A stretch of 64,000 bases of DNA. Source: Chara braunii (Eukaryota > Plantae > Charophyceae). A program made the translations under genes and the position numbers. The notes under the pieces were generated by a model. The model was not told the origin of the DNA, made no database searches, and saw only the letters and a list, made by a program, of their open reading frames with translations. Shown here piece after piece: positions 23,022 to 37,200 of the stretch (position 1 is the first letter of the stretch; the number at the start of each line of letters is the position of its first letter). Location of the stretch: positions 3,995,619 to 4,059,618 of the forward strand of contig BFEA01000045.1 in NCBI GenBank assembly GCA_003427395.1, read 5' to 3'.

Positions 23022-26000
23022 ATGGTAATAGTATATTCATAGATGTCAAAAATTCATAATCATAATAACTCATGGAAATGACATATTATCTTAGTGGCTG
23101 ACATAAAAAATACTTATAAATATCAAATCTCTTATACTTAAGCTAGTCAGTTCCCCAAGGCATATACAAATGTCTCATAATGATATGCTTATACCATCAC
23201 ATATATCATATAATAGGCACATTATAATCAAAACAAGATCGCTCACAAATAACACTCTCAACCATAATTCTTGTGAGAGTACCACCCTTTACTCCCCGAC
23301 TTTGACAGAAGTATACAGTGGCGAGGGGCAGTGTAATCCTTTTTAGAATGAATAGCATCGCAAATCCACGAGCCTCACTCAAGGATTAAGCCTCACTGCA
23401 TCTCCCTCCGATTCGAGCACTTGCATCTTGCAGACCCTTGTCGACAAAGTAAATAACCTCACCACACACGCTTCGGGATGTACTGTCTCGTCCTGTGCTG
23501 GTGAATACACTTGACACAAAAACTAGTTGGGGATTCACCCCCTAACTCCCTATGGCACGTAGTAGCTGATTCCCTCATAGGCCATGGTCTGATAAGACTC
23601 AAATACTTTCCTCTTATTCAGTAGTAGTGTAGTCATTTTATCCCAGGGGATACAACAACAACACTCCACTATGGACCAGGAACAAAGTTCTGGCGTGGGT
23701 CTCACTACTACTTACAAGATAAAATCATGACATCTTCAAAGTCATCTTTCAGGGGAACAATAACATAGGATTGCAACCTTCCTTAGGGTAGACCTTACAC
23801 ATTGACCATTTCCTGGGAAAAACTTATCTCATGGAAGTTTTCACTCCATCCACCTCTGAATCCGCTTCAGACGTGGATTTTGCGCAATGCATCTACCCCT
23901 CTTTGAATAGCAATCCAAACATGTAAAGTTAACATACGGTCATAAGTTAATAATTGGACTTGAGACGCTCATATAAGTCCTTGCAGACTGATCAATTCAA
24001 ATACATACTTCAGATACATAGCCCATTTCAAATATTCCTGGCAAGGATAGCCATTAAAAGAGTATAATCATCAAGTACACAGCCTCACATAATTAGAGAT
24101 TTGGCAAGCTTACTCATATAAAATCTGACATATATGGATGATTTAAACATATAACTCAAAAGAGATGTTCTGAGAATGGAATAGTCTCAAGTCCTTCGCT
24201 CCAACCGATAGATTTAAGTGAATGGTCTAAGCCTGAAAAGGCTCACGCGAAGGTCTAACATTAACTACAACTCATTGTTCTATCAAATGTAAGCAAAAAT
24301 AGTCCAAGTGTTAACCCCCTTCACTAATTACTCCAACTGCCTCTAGAATCAGATATTTTTTTTTGCCGAAAATGTGTCATGCAAATCTACTACCTTCCGT
24401 AGTCCTTTCCATTACGGCCATGACTAGCTGTTCATCGCATCTGTCTATTGCCCTGTATGCCTAATCCTCGTCGCGAATACACACCGAGAGGTATGGCTGG
24501 CGCAAATGACACACCGCGCAGGGCAGACCTCACACTTCCATGGTCATATAAGTCGAATAGCTGCGCAGAACCCAGACTCAAGGATCTCATATTCATGCTT
24601 ATAAAAACTTTCAGCGTCATTAACATAACTCTGCTCTAAGTCCCTTGATGACTTCTAACGTAATATGCTCCCTTACTCATCCTTGACCCTACTCTAATGC
24701 CAAAGTACAAAGTCGCTCTCTTGACCACTCAGATAACCCTTTCGACCATAGTAGGTACCTTCAAGTTATAGGGCCAACTCCCACAACCATCATGCTTAGT
24801 CATATTGATACCTCCTCATCCTATTTTGGTCATATTCCCTATACAAATCATCATCCAAACCTGCTAACTATTTAGGGTCAGAAGGAGTACCAACCTCAAC
24901 TACCATCATACTACTCAGAGTAAGTGAGCGCATAATCAAAATGTTTACCCCTCATGCATCACCCTTACTGCACTAGCCAAAACAAAATCTCACAATCAAC
25001 TCTCATTCGTTCTCCATCCGATACCATAAATCGATTAACCAAAGAAAGCCCAAAGAAAACTTCTCATTTGCCTAGTTCTCACTTCCCCATACCCGGATGT
25101 CGTTCCACTAGGGACAACAGTAGGCAACCGTTATCCCTGGCAACGGCGCCACCTGTCGAGCGCAACGGTTCGGCACCGCACGAAACGGGGCGGGACCCTC
25201 CCGGCCGTGTCACGCAGGAGTCAGTCCAATCCTCGTCGCGAATACACATGGAGCTTCCGCAAGCCGCTCCGACCGAGTGCGCCAGCCATACCTCTCGTGA
25301 GGCCCTACGACAGGATAGGGTCAACGTGAGCTACGACTTACCTCCACCCTACGACAGGATAGAGGCCGCCGAGCTAGCAGTCCACAGTACGAAAGTTAAT
25401 CAACCGCAATCGCAGAGGTGGATCAGCCGAGGGCGTTTCTCGTTCGCTGTAGCATATGGGGTACGAGCGGTTTTACGCCTCTATCGGACTCGCACGTGAA
25501 CCGACGCCTTGGGGGGCGGAGGTCCCAGTGCGACCTGTCCTCAGTCGACTAGGACGAATCCCACACACCACGCGTACACCACTCTAAAGACATAAAAATT
25601 AGGACACACACGCACACACACATATACAGAACGAAACATAGTAAACAACACTACAACACTCCTAGTCCCTTAGTAGCCATCCCATAACTCTTCGATGCGG
25701 AAATTGGATAGGTGTCGCGAGCGAGACTTAATATAAAACCACGTGGGCGCAAGGCTACTCGTATCGATTCGCAATGCAAGCATACGCAAGCAGTCGCAAT
25801 GATGGCGTACTATGTAGCACCCATAATCATGTGGTCCCCCGTAGTTTCGAGGGTCATATTCGACACTCAAGTGTCGGTTGACACGCGCCTCGAGGGATTG
25901 ATCTCTAGACGCTGGACAATCGCCAAGTGCGGTTGAGAACCACACCCTCTTCTGCAACCTGCAAAGAGTGGGTGGTACACAGGTTCATACCTGTGGTGGC

Positions 26001-26929
26001 AATCGTCTCTTATCGCCCTGAAGACCAGCTCCATCATCCAGGGCCTCAAGAGAAATCAAGGGGTTTGACTTTGACGACTACCACGGACTACAACGCCCAA
26101 CTATAAAAATTCTAAAAAGCAAAAGATAACAGGGGATCTCCCTTTTTTCTCAAAAACATAATCTGTTTAACCCTTACTCGTGGTCATATTAGGTTGCGCG
26201 AAACACTCAAGGCATGTGTATTTACATGTATTAGAGGGTTATAAATATGTGACGAACACTTCTAACAATCACAGTGGGATTCCTCTCAACTATATATATG
26301 TATATGATCACAGGCAGTCAAATCCAAAGTCCGAACCACCAAACATACCTCCAATTACATAAAACATTCAAGCAAAAGTCCATGCACTACACGGGGTCAA
26401 CTTCAACCATTCTCTGCACTCACACCCCCCGCTTTACCCATGCAAGCCTCACTCTTGTGCAACTCCTCAAAATAAAATACTCAAAAAAAAATTTAAATGA
26501 CCATTCAAATAAAGTCCGGGTGAAAACACAACAAAACAATTCAAATCACAAGTCTAAAGTCTTTACGTCGAGTTGCAGGAGTGGATTGGAGTTGAATCGT
26601 AAACCGACGAATCGACAACCGACCAGTTATAAGTGATAACAAAAGATGATCCTTGTAGGATCAAACTGAATCTAACAAAAATCCTGAATCAATCGATCAA
26701 GAAGACTTGTAACACAAGATAGGTCAATCCCCAACCTAAATCTATGAGTCCAAATCGATAGTAATCTCCATATCACGATTTCACAAAGAATCATTCTACT
26801 TAACTAAGCCTGAGTCTACCCCTAAGTTAGTGCCTAATGAAAAGGTAGACCTTTGACAGAATCTCCTCGATATAGAGTGGATTACCAGAATTGCCACATG
26901 TTAAAATATAATCTAACTACTCTAAACTA

Positions 26930-27470
26930 AGAAAATTTCGGCAGCGTTTCCCGTAGGAAAAATATCTTTCCAGAATTTATAATAACTCAAATACGAAAAT
27001 AAAATTCAAACTCTGATTTTGGAAAGCCAAAAATTTTGTCAAACTCCCTGAATTAGTAAAAATTTGGGCAACATCTGCTTTAGAAAGGTAGAATTTCCAG
27101 ATTTATACTAAGTCAGATAGAAACTCAGAAGCTAGATTTGAGTTCGACTTCAAGACAAAGTTCAACTAAACCCTTAGATTTGTAGAAATTTCGGCAGCGT
27201 TTCCTGTAGAGAAAGTGTTATTCCAAGATTTATACAAAGCTAAGTTCAGACTTCCCAAAGTCCAATTTTGTCTAACTCCTTGAATCAACAAAAATTTGGA
27301 CAACACTCCCTTTAGAAAAGGAGACTTCCCAGATATTTACTAAATTATGTATATAATTTAGACAACTAAGTTTTTGAAAGCCAAAATTTGACTAACTCCT
27401 TGGTTTTGCAAAAATTTCGGCAGCGCTTCCTGTAGAGAAAGTGGCTTATCAAGATTTATACAAGACCAAG
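26930..27470. repeat. Degenerate ~230-250-bp tandem repeat
   Basis: AAATTTCGGCAGCGTTTCC..TAG at ~26933, ~27186 and ~27412, with shared intervening motifs. Confidence 0.7.
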
Positions 27471-27754
27471 TATAATAAAATATCCCAGAAAATGCAGAAA
27501 TTGACCTAAGTAAAAAACACTTAGCTCAAAAAATGCAGAAATTTGAAACTAACTCCTATCTCTAGCACGTGGCGAGCAGCTAAAGCAACTACGTATTAAA
27601 CCAAAACTCAGACCAAGTAGTAATCTCACTCAGTCACATGCAAGACAAACCACAAAGGTAAGTAATCTCACCATCTCGAAGTCAACTTTATCAAACAATA
27701 GTTTATAGTCTCTCAATGATTTATCCCTGTATACCTAGCTTACATAGGGCATAA

Positions 27755-28480
27755 AGCTAGACCACCCAAACTTATGGAACATGTTGGGGTCAGGCATTGA
27801 GTTTACACAAACACAGGGCACAACAATTTTTTTTTTCTTTGGGCATATGACTAGGTCATCTTAGTCGCCCTTAACTGTTTAAGTATCCAAGTTTTATATA
27901 ATTATCTGCACTTAGTCTTCTGAGGTAGCATATAACTGAACCGATCATCTTCAGCTCAAGATTCAGTCTGCTCCTTCGTACCACAAATTCACTCTTAATT
28001 AGTACTCCCTTAAGTTGGTGATAAGTTATAGTTAGACCAACCAAACTTATGGAACCCTGTCTGACTAGCATGTTCAGAAGTAAGATAGTAATAAAATATA
28101 GTCAAGTTATAGCCTTCTGGTTCTAGCATGTGAGTGGCGTTGGACCAGGACCACCCAAACTTATGGAACATGTCTGGTTCTCAACCTGGTTCTTTCTCTT
28201 TAAGCCAAAGCAGGAAGAGGATGAGCCACCCAAACTTATGGAACATGCTCAAACATCCTCGTTCAGAACAAAAAGAAACTGAAAAGAAACCCAAAGTAAA
28301 CAAGGCGACCAAGCCACCCAAACTTATGGAACATACTTGGTCCATGAAAAATCAATCACAGCCAGCCCTCACAAGTCAGAGCAACTAGATCACCCAAACT
28401 TATGGAACATGTCTGGTTCTCCAGGCAATCGAAAATAAACATAGCACTGGGCCTCCCCAAACTTATGGAGACTTGCCCAG
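27755..28480. repeat. Array of 7 hairpins with conserved core CACCCAAACTTATGGAACAT
   Basis: Core at 27763, 28038, 28152, 28227, 28315, 28391 and 28453. The flanks differ between copies but are mutually complementary within most copies. Confidence 0.85.
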
Positions 28481-31400
28481 CCTTTGATTGACCCAGTCAG
28501 ACACAAGCAAAACTTCCTTCCTCCCATCCTTCCCCCAGATGCAATCCCACATTTTGCTTTCAGTTAGACAATAAAACTGAAACTGACATTACACATGCAT
28601 TTGTTTACCTGAGTCTGAATTAAGTCCTGGAAGTTAAACATAAAGTCAAAGATAGGGATACAACAATATACTCAAATCAAAACATTGTAAGAAGTACAAA
28701 TAGGGGTTATAATTGGGTTTATAGAGGGAAAGCAAACGATCACCTCTCAGTTCCCTACCTCCAGAACTCCTCCTGAGTTCCGGGAGAGCTCCTGCAATCG
28801 GTGGGTTGACTCCCCACAGAGTCTTGCTGCGGTACTACGGGTTGCAATCCCGCCTGCTGCCTTCCTCTTGTAATCAGGATCAGACTGAGAGTAAGAAGGG
28901 CAGAAGATAAGGGGTTTCAGACGCTCAAGATACAAGAGAGGGACAAACTCAACTCCCAGGAGAGGGCCTTGCAATCTTCATGCGCCTTAGAGCCCCACAA
29001 TGATGGTAAAAAACTGTGCAGCAACTTGGTCAATCAAAAGTCAAAACCGCTAGCCGTTGACTCTCTAACAACTCTCCAATTCGCAGTAACGACCGCGGTC
29101 AACAACCTCAGTCCCTTCTCAATGCTCGTGGTTTGAAATGCCCTGGCCACCACTCAAGACATGAGTAGTAGATAAAAAAAACATAGCATTCCCCCCTTCC
29201 GTAATGGAGCAAAGCATGGCCTAGCTGGTCGTGCAATGGGCAGAGCGTGCGCAGATACCAGCCATGCAGTCTTTATCAAGCCTTTACAAACACACTGCTC
29301 ACAGTCGGGCCCAACTATTTCGCACGGTAGGATAAGCAACGTATTAGTTTAGCAAGTGAGTCTTCAAACTCCGTTGTTCACTCCTCACTACTCGGTATGT
29401 CGAATTGTGCACCGTATCATCTGAACAGGTAAGCCTGCCTCGCTTCTCCGTGTGGCAGCATGGGCAGTGTCCTGGCAAAATAACTAGTTCTGCACCCTCG
29501 TGGCTGACCTGTTGCTGTGCAGTTTGATGGAATGAGTAATACACTGGTCAATGGCCTGATCTGCAGCCCCTGTGGCTGGTCTGCTACATTTTTCGCTCGA
29601 CCAGCCGAGTATTACCTCGGCCAGCAGGAAGACTTGCAACCTCATGGCTGGCCTTACGGCCTACGGAATGAGCAGCACACGACCGACAGGTGAATCTTCA
29701 CCCCTGTTGCTGTCCTTTCGCTTTCGTTACTCTGTGCAGTGGGATGGGTATCTACTTCGATTGGCAGGTAAGCCTTCAGCCTGTGGCTTGCCACTCCTAA
29801 TTCAGTGGAATGGGGGTGGCTCCTGTCAGCGGGTAAGCCACCTATCCTGCTGCTTCCCCGTAGCTGCTTACTGCTCCAAACGTTAGTGATGCGCAGAATC
29901 GAGGTGAACCTCTGCTAAAACCCGGGCCGCTCGTACCACTGTTTGTTACTGTAGCTCGCTTTCTTGGTTTATCTCACATCGCTAGCTTGCCAATCAATTC
30001 CTCTCTTTCTACGTCCCCCTGCGATCGCACAACCCCTAGCTCACTCTCAGCCGGGTTCGTCTACCTTCGGTCCTTTGAACTGTGAGTTCCACCACACGAC
30101 CTTGCTTCGCCAGGATAACTGAATCTTCGGTTGCTACACGGACTACTCGCTGGTGTCCGATGATGCGCGCAGAGCAGTATAGAGGCTACTTCTTTCGATA
30201 ACATACGCAAAGCTTGAAATGGATCTTCCGCTAGAACGTTGAAATACACGTTGTCTTCCAATCATCCCTCCCCCCGCCCGCACTTCTTCGTTTGGTCTTT
30301 GTTCGCACCGTGCATGCCCTCCTCCGATAGACAAGCAAAAGTCGGAGTGAATCTTTTGCTATAAAGCGGCTTGGTGCATCAGCTCCTTGCCAGCCTTTTT
30401 CCCGAGTGCAGCTCCTAGCGCTCACCCTGCCTAATCCCCCACTCAAAACTCAAGATCCGACACCACTCTCCTCCTGTTCACAAGCTCCGTTACTCACCGG
30501 ATACAAGATACTGAGAATGAATCTCCCGCTGAAACGTGTGGAGATACATCATCCTTACCCCTGGGCGTAGCTGAAAATCATCGGATCGTCGAAGCCACAT
30601 CCCTAACCCGAGATCTATAGATGTCATCGTCCTCATAATCGCCAGAAACGTCGGGTTAGCCTCCTTCCTCGCTCGATTTCATCAAGAATCGAGCGAGATA
30701 TCTGTTTCCTCGCATGGGCAAATCCTCCTCCTTGACACCTTCGCGCACCTCATCTCTTCTCATAGCCTAAAACTAAACCTCCTTCCTCAAATCTGACTTT
30801 GCTATTCTATTCACCTTGGTCGAAAACCCCAGAATAGCCCTTCCACTTAGTCAATTTCGTTAAGTAACGGAGGAGATCTGTGTTTCCTCTGCCTCTTCTT
30901 CACTCCCTTGCCCGACACTCTTTGTACCCAACACACTTCTCGGTGCTGATTCTTTTTTTTTTTTTTGTTCCCACACCTTCGGCTCCCTTTCTGTTAGCTG
31001 AAGCTATCTCCGCCAATATTTCCCTTCGCCAACGTCCTCCCCTACCTTTCGCCATTGCGCCCAATACATCCTTCCACCACCTCCTTAACTGAGCGTATCT
31101 TGGCGCAATTCAGCGCCAAATCCATTTTTTTTAATTTATTTTTTCTTATTTGCTGTTAGTGCCTCCTATAATACTGCGCTCGATACTCCTCTCCACCGTT
31201 TCCTCACCCGTCCGCTCGGTGTCAACCTATGCGCTCTCACAGACATTAGGACGGTGGTCAGAGAAGTCGAAACCCATTAAGAAGCGCCTACCAACTAACC
31301 TCCTGCATATGTCAACCTGACAGTGAGTCGCGCTAAAACGAGCTACCAATACTCAGTTGTCGGATGATCTTCGACCTGCGGGAGTAGGAAGGTGAGGGCC

Positions 31401-32479
31401 TGCCGTAACGTCTGTAGCGTGGGCCTTAGACGAAGCGGTCCCATGCAGTTCCTGACGGTAGTAACTAGTATCTGAATGTAAACCTTGTAGATCGAGGTGG
31501 GGAGGGGTTTCATGCGGCCTGCCACCACAGCCTGCGGCCTCTGCCCTGGTGCGCCCAGGCACGGTCCACCATTTTCTTGGGCCCCGTCGGCATGCTCTCT
31601 CTCGACCCTTGCGCACCCGAAGGTGGGCCGCAGACTATGTCTACAACGAGCCCCACCATCCTGATTTCTCCGTCCTACGGGCGGATTGCCCTATCGGCTA
31701 GTATGCACGTTGGACCCCTCGGTTCACGTTTTCACTGACGACATGATAGAGGAATTTCACCAGTATCCCGAACACGTGGGGAGTACTAAGAACTAGTAAG
31801 TCAACCAGAAGAGGGGCGGATCGCAAGGTCCTCAACTGCCACGACGGCTCCTTAGAACCCGCGTCTCATCTGTCTCAAAAAACTGAAACATAAAAAAAAA
31901 GTCACGACGATGAATAATAAAATATTTAGGAAAAATTAATTGTCGGGTGGCAGACAAAAATAAGGAACCGCTAGTACCATTCCTACCTCGCCAACAGCAA
32001 AGTCGAGGGAGGTAGCCCCGTCGGGCCCTCAACCCCTCGACTTCTCCACGCCGTTCCAGTACTCCTACGTCGTCGCCGCTAGTGCTAGGCCCAGGCTAGG
32101 TCTAGCTCTGACGAACATCTAAATAAACCGACATTGTGCGACGCTCAGACCTACCGAAACGTTTTCAAAGTCACGTCGTTTGTCGATGTCGTCCTCCGCA
32201 CATACCCATAAGTCACAGGCAAGCGCATCAATTAACAAAACATAATATCTTTAATCCTAGTTTAATTAGAACAAAAAGGCATAGCCGACGATCACGCCAG
32301 CTCTTCAGTCATCAACAATTAAAAAGATCACACGCGCCTCAAATCCGCGCGCCCACACACTCTCTTCTCTAGTCAATCATCAAGTCAACGTAAACTACAG
32401 ACACTACGTCGCTCGCGCGATATGCTTAACCTTTAAACCAAGATTTTCTTTTGTCGTTCACAAAAACTAGCGCGGATAC

Positions 32480-32930
32480 CCTTGTAAGGGTATTCGCATC
32501 GACAATGCGGATCGGGTGACAACCGCTACAAAGATCGATCTTCGTGAAGAAGCAGTTGCCTTCCATACGGTCAAACAACTCGTCCATGCGAGATATGAGA
32601 TAACTGTTCTTAACTGTGTAACAATTAAGGCCATAGTCGTCAATGTAGAGGCAGAGAGTTTCGTTCGCTTTGCGAGCAAAGAGGACCGATGCACCCCAAG
32701 GGGAGTTACAAGGTTTAATAAAACCTAGCCGAAGGAGTTCCTCAACCTTACGATTGAGTTCCGTCGGCTCTCAGATCGAGAATCGGTAGGGTGTCTGACG
32801 GTGGATATGATAATTAGGCACGAGCTGGATAAAATGCTTAACACCGTGCACCAGAGAGATCCTGCCGTATGAGAAATAAGGGGGAGAAACTTAGTGATAC
32901 TCTTCAATTAGGTCACGAACGCCGGACTCT
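32480..32930 (-). pseudogene. Ty3/Gypsy reverse transcriptase N-terminal fragment
   Basis: Translates through stops as ...VEELLRLGFIKPCNSPWGASVLFARKANETLCLYIDDYGLNCYTVKNSYLISRMDELFDRMEGNCFFTKIDLCSGCHPIRI. Confidence 0.9.
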
Positions 32931-33942
32931 AAGTAGGTTGTGAAGGATGTGATTTCCTCAACTGTGACGGTATCTCGTCCTCCTTGTCGCATCATGCTCC
33001 TCCTCCTCCTCAATCTCTCCTCTTGCACCTCTTGGCCTATCGCTGAGTCGCCGTGCTTCTCATGACCTGATAACTTTTTTTTTTTTTTTTAATAGAAACT
33101 TCAATGTGCGAAGGTATCCCTCCTTGTTGCATCATCCTCCTCTTCTTCCATCTCCCCTATAAAAGCAATTGTTTACGTTTCTCAAATATCATTAATTATA
33201 TTTTTTTTTCACGTTTCTGCTCAAGGAGAGTTGGAGTGCTATTTTTGTGTGGTTTTAGGGGGTCGGGAGGCTCGGAGGGGGTGAAAGAATGCTTATTTCA
33301 TAGGGTTTTGGGAGTTATGGGGGCTAACAGTGGGGATGAGTGGGCAAGTTTCTCAAAGTGGATATGGGATAAGGCTGATTCCATGGCTTCTCTTCTGTGG
33401 TTTTACATTTGCACATGTCACTGTGAAAAGTTGAAGGTTCAGTTTCGCTTGCACCATAACCATGAATGGCAACTTGAACCGAACGTACGACCACTGTGAT
33501 GAAGTTGATTGTTGTATAGTCGTATTGACAATTTTTCATTAATCACCAACATCATGAATATTTTCTGTGTTCGTGAACTCCTTTGTTTTTTCATTTGCAT
33601 TCCTCCGTTTTGCATAGAGAGCGAATCGTAGTAGATGACACATGTCATCATACCTAATGAACTCAGGGAATGGATGATTGGCAAAGAGAGTCAACAAATA
33701 GTGATATACCTACAATATATATATATATATATAAGTAAATTGATAAAGAATGTTTTAAATAAATTACTAGTTTGCTTCTTAGGCACCCACGCACCAAATT
33801 TGTACCCAGATGCACAACTGGTCGTCAAACAAAATATCTGACAGATTTTTGTGCATCCAAAGCAAAAAGCAAAAATTGGAAAAGAAAGATTTACAACGTC
33901 AACAAATGTCCCGAAAAAAATAATGTTGTTAAAATTATAATC

Positions 33943-34238
33943 TAGGCTACCAGCTGGTCCGCCCAAGTCACCTTGTTTTCCAGGGCGCCCTGGTTGTGCA
34001 ACAACCACGAAAACTCTCGAGATTTCAAAAAAAAAAAGTTAATTAAACATCGAAAACCTTCAAAAAAATGTATGTTCTGCGAAAAACGAAACTGAACTAC
34101 TTTTACATTTTGGTCATATAAAAATCCTTACCAGATTTAGAATAAAAAAGAAAATTCATTATTATTATTATTATTGCTATTATTATTATTATTTTTAGCC
34201 TGACTGGGCAAGTGGTCTCGGACCACTCTGGTAGCTTG
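33943..34238. mobile_element. Short TAGGCTACCAG-ended MITE-like element (intronic)
   Basis: Ends TAGGCTACCAG / CTGGTAGCTTG. The same family occurs in reverse orientation at 52392-53127. No clean TSD. Confidence 0.55.
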
Positions 34239-37200
34239 GATTTTATTGCAAACAACTTTTGGTCAAGGTTCAAATTTGAATTCCTTACCTAGTTAAGAAA
34301 AAAAAAGAGGGCACTAGCGTCGTAATGTGTTCTCCATTAAACCTTTTTTCCCTTTTGAAGTCCATTCTAGTTGTGGTCTACAAGAAAAATGAGTGATAGT
34401 GAACTCCAGAAATCAAACAACATCATACACATAAAACTAGATAGTCGTGACCTCTAACCGAAAGCAGATTTGCAACACGAGTTTCACCAAATAAGAGCAC
34501 AACACAAACTTACAAGGGACAATGTTGGAATGGTCTCATCATCATCAATAAATAACCAATGCCGACATCCTATCTGACGCTCCGCGCCCAAACTACAAAT
34601 GTCAGATCCTATATAGCCTATCTACAATGTCACGGGTGACGTCAACAACTCCCCGAAGTACGAGCAGGGCCAATGCCGTTCGCCTAAAGCATTAGGTATG
34701 TCTCTCGCATCACTCACAACCTCGATCCCTCACTCGCAAATGCTATATGCACCCAAGGACAATCATGTGTCCATCCAACATAGTGCAGCGTAGCTCGACT
34801 ACGACTCTCTGCTCATCCAACTCGCCCGTGAGCGCGTGGGTCTGGCTAGTGATTAGCGAAACTCAACCTCTGCGTTCTAATAACTCTGTTGTTGCATCTT
34901 GCAATCTCGGAGGGAGGCAAAAAAAGATCAATACTACAAAAAGCGTTGGTCGTCACCTCATCTTACCTTAGTACAAGACTCTGTAGGAACCATTTCCATT
35001 ACCGGAAACATGAAAACGCAAGACCAAAAGCAATGAACAGTTCTATGTGTTTTTCGTTGTTTGTCGTTAAATATCTTTGGAGTACATGAAGTTCTTTGAA
35101 GTTCAGTTGCTTTCTTTCTTTCTTTCTTGAGCTTCGCAGCATGATCTTCATGAAATAATTGATGTTGATAAAACTCAATTGGTAATTGTTTCTCAAGGAA
35201 CTCCGTCAACCTTGCTTTCCACGAAAATCATTGTGATGACACCAAATCGATTTCTCGTAAGGCTGCTTTTTTCATTTGACAAGGTAGAATACCTCATGGA
35301 ATCAAACAATCAACAAAAGAACATTTGTTAATTATGTTATTTGAACTTATTTCTATTAAACTTGAGACATATCCAGAAAATTATAATTAAAAAAAATATT
35401 TTTAATTTCTTACATTTTTTAGTCTTTAGGATAAAGGTTCTCAGACACACCGAAAATATATTTTCTATCACATTGTTGATAGATACACTTACCTCATTGA
35501 ACAATCGAGACTCGATGATGTACTCCGCATTGCTCATGTGTGTCCATGTTTAAAAATGCATGCGGCATGCAATGAACTCTTTGATATCCGATATAGTTAT
35601 TTTGACTTCTTTTGAATCCTGGTCTTCACTTGATTCTTCACTTGATTCTTCACTTGATTCTGCACTGTCCTCCCTAAAGTCATCTTCACTAGCAGTCTCT
35701 ATGAAATGGTTTTTACACCATCTGTGTTTTGACACCGGTGTTTCTGGACAACCTTTCACATAGTTCATTCTTACAGGTCTTTGGATGGTTGAGTGTTTCT
35801 TCCAGCAGATGAAACCAGAATGTGGCTATATTCAAAGCACACTTAGGAAAGTAAGCCATATTAAATTGAAGCAAATATTGTTAAAACATCATCGAAGTCG
35901 CGTCAAAATTCAATCAAATCGAGTTAATCCAATCCAATCAATGAAGTATTCAAATGAATAAAATCATATGTGCAAAACCTTAGAGAAATGCAATCATAAT
36001 ATTCCATCAACCTTTTTCCATCATTCTTTTTTGCTAACATCGAGGTCCTCAATTTGTATTGTCAGTCCTTCCAATGACAAAGCACACAAGGGGTTTTCCG
36101 TACTAAATGTCTTAATTGAGGTTTAGTGAAGGCCTACAAGATGTACATGCACTCTCACACCAAGTTGCCAAAACAAAGAAGAGATAGAGAGCGGAAAATT
36201 AGGAAGAAGGCAATGAGAGAGAGAGAAGGGACTTCATGTTTGAGGGAATGTGATAATGAAGGATGGCAATATGAGAGAGATTGGATGATCGAAATGAGGA
36301 AATTCGAAAAAGAGAGGTTATACTCCAAAGTGCAGACCGCAGATCCACGAGGGCAACTTAGCAGAGTCCCAAATCGAAAATAGTTGTTTATCCACCCTTT
36401 GGGCGAGACACTAATAAAATAAGCATCGAAAAAGATTGTGGCCACCTTTTGGTAGTTAATGAGAGTCAGCGAGGGACATTGCGATAAATGGAGGAATCAA
36501 GTGCAAGGTAGCATTGAGAGATCTGACTGGAGACACACCCGCTCATCACTCTCAGTGCCAACATGCCCACCAAGGACCTTCGTCCGATGCATTACTCAAG
36601 AATAAAACTCAAGAACAAGCATATAATACACTCACAAACCCAACCATCTCCTAAAACACAAACGAATCACCTCGCATGAGAGGGAGTGTCTGCCAACAAC
36701 ATTCGACATCCCGGATGGAGGAGAGTACTAAATCACAGGAAAAAGGAACCCCACCAAAATGGTTTTAAGTCAGTATGTCATCACACTGTTTAAAATGAGG
36801 CAAATGAGATTAAAGCGATACAAAGACGAAGGAAAGCACAAGGCATAAAAGGTGTGCTACCCAAACATACACATACAAACACTAGATTGCACAATTGTAA
36901 AAGAAAGAAGAAAGAAGAAAGAGGAAGAGAGGAGACCTTTCTGCCTCTCTTTTGTCATCTCCTATACAACGACCAAGGATAAAAAATCTCTCCCCGACAT
37001 GCTTATTCCTCCTGAAAGTACTTTCCATCTCAAGCAATGTTTATTGCTACTAGTGCAAGTCTCAAGAAAGAGGAGAGGGGAAAGGCATGGAAGCAGGACA
37101 ACCCTCTCTTAACAATACACTCTAAGTAACTTCTTGCACAGAAGATCTAATTGTTAGGGCCGCTCACATAGAGAACGAAAGTTCTCATTGTGACCTGTAA

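Larger units (their letters stand above)
20020..33000 (-). mobile_element. Decayed/nested LTR retrotransposon sequence (Ty3/Gypsy-type); boundaries uncertain
   Basis: Polypurine tract on the minus strand at ~20025-20040, a gag-like ORF, internal tandem repeats, a PBS-like TGGTACGAGCGG at ~29927-29938 (minus strand) and an RT fragment. Confidence 0.55.

Noticed and set aside
27763-28480. CRISPR-like appearance (20-nt repeat with unique spacers)
   Set aside because: Eukaryotic retroelement context, no cas genes, irregular spacing, and the flanks pair around the repeat. Reported as a hairpin array instead.
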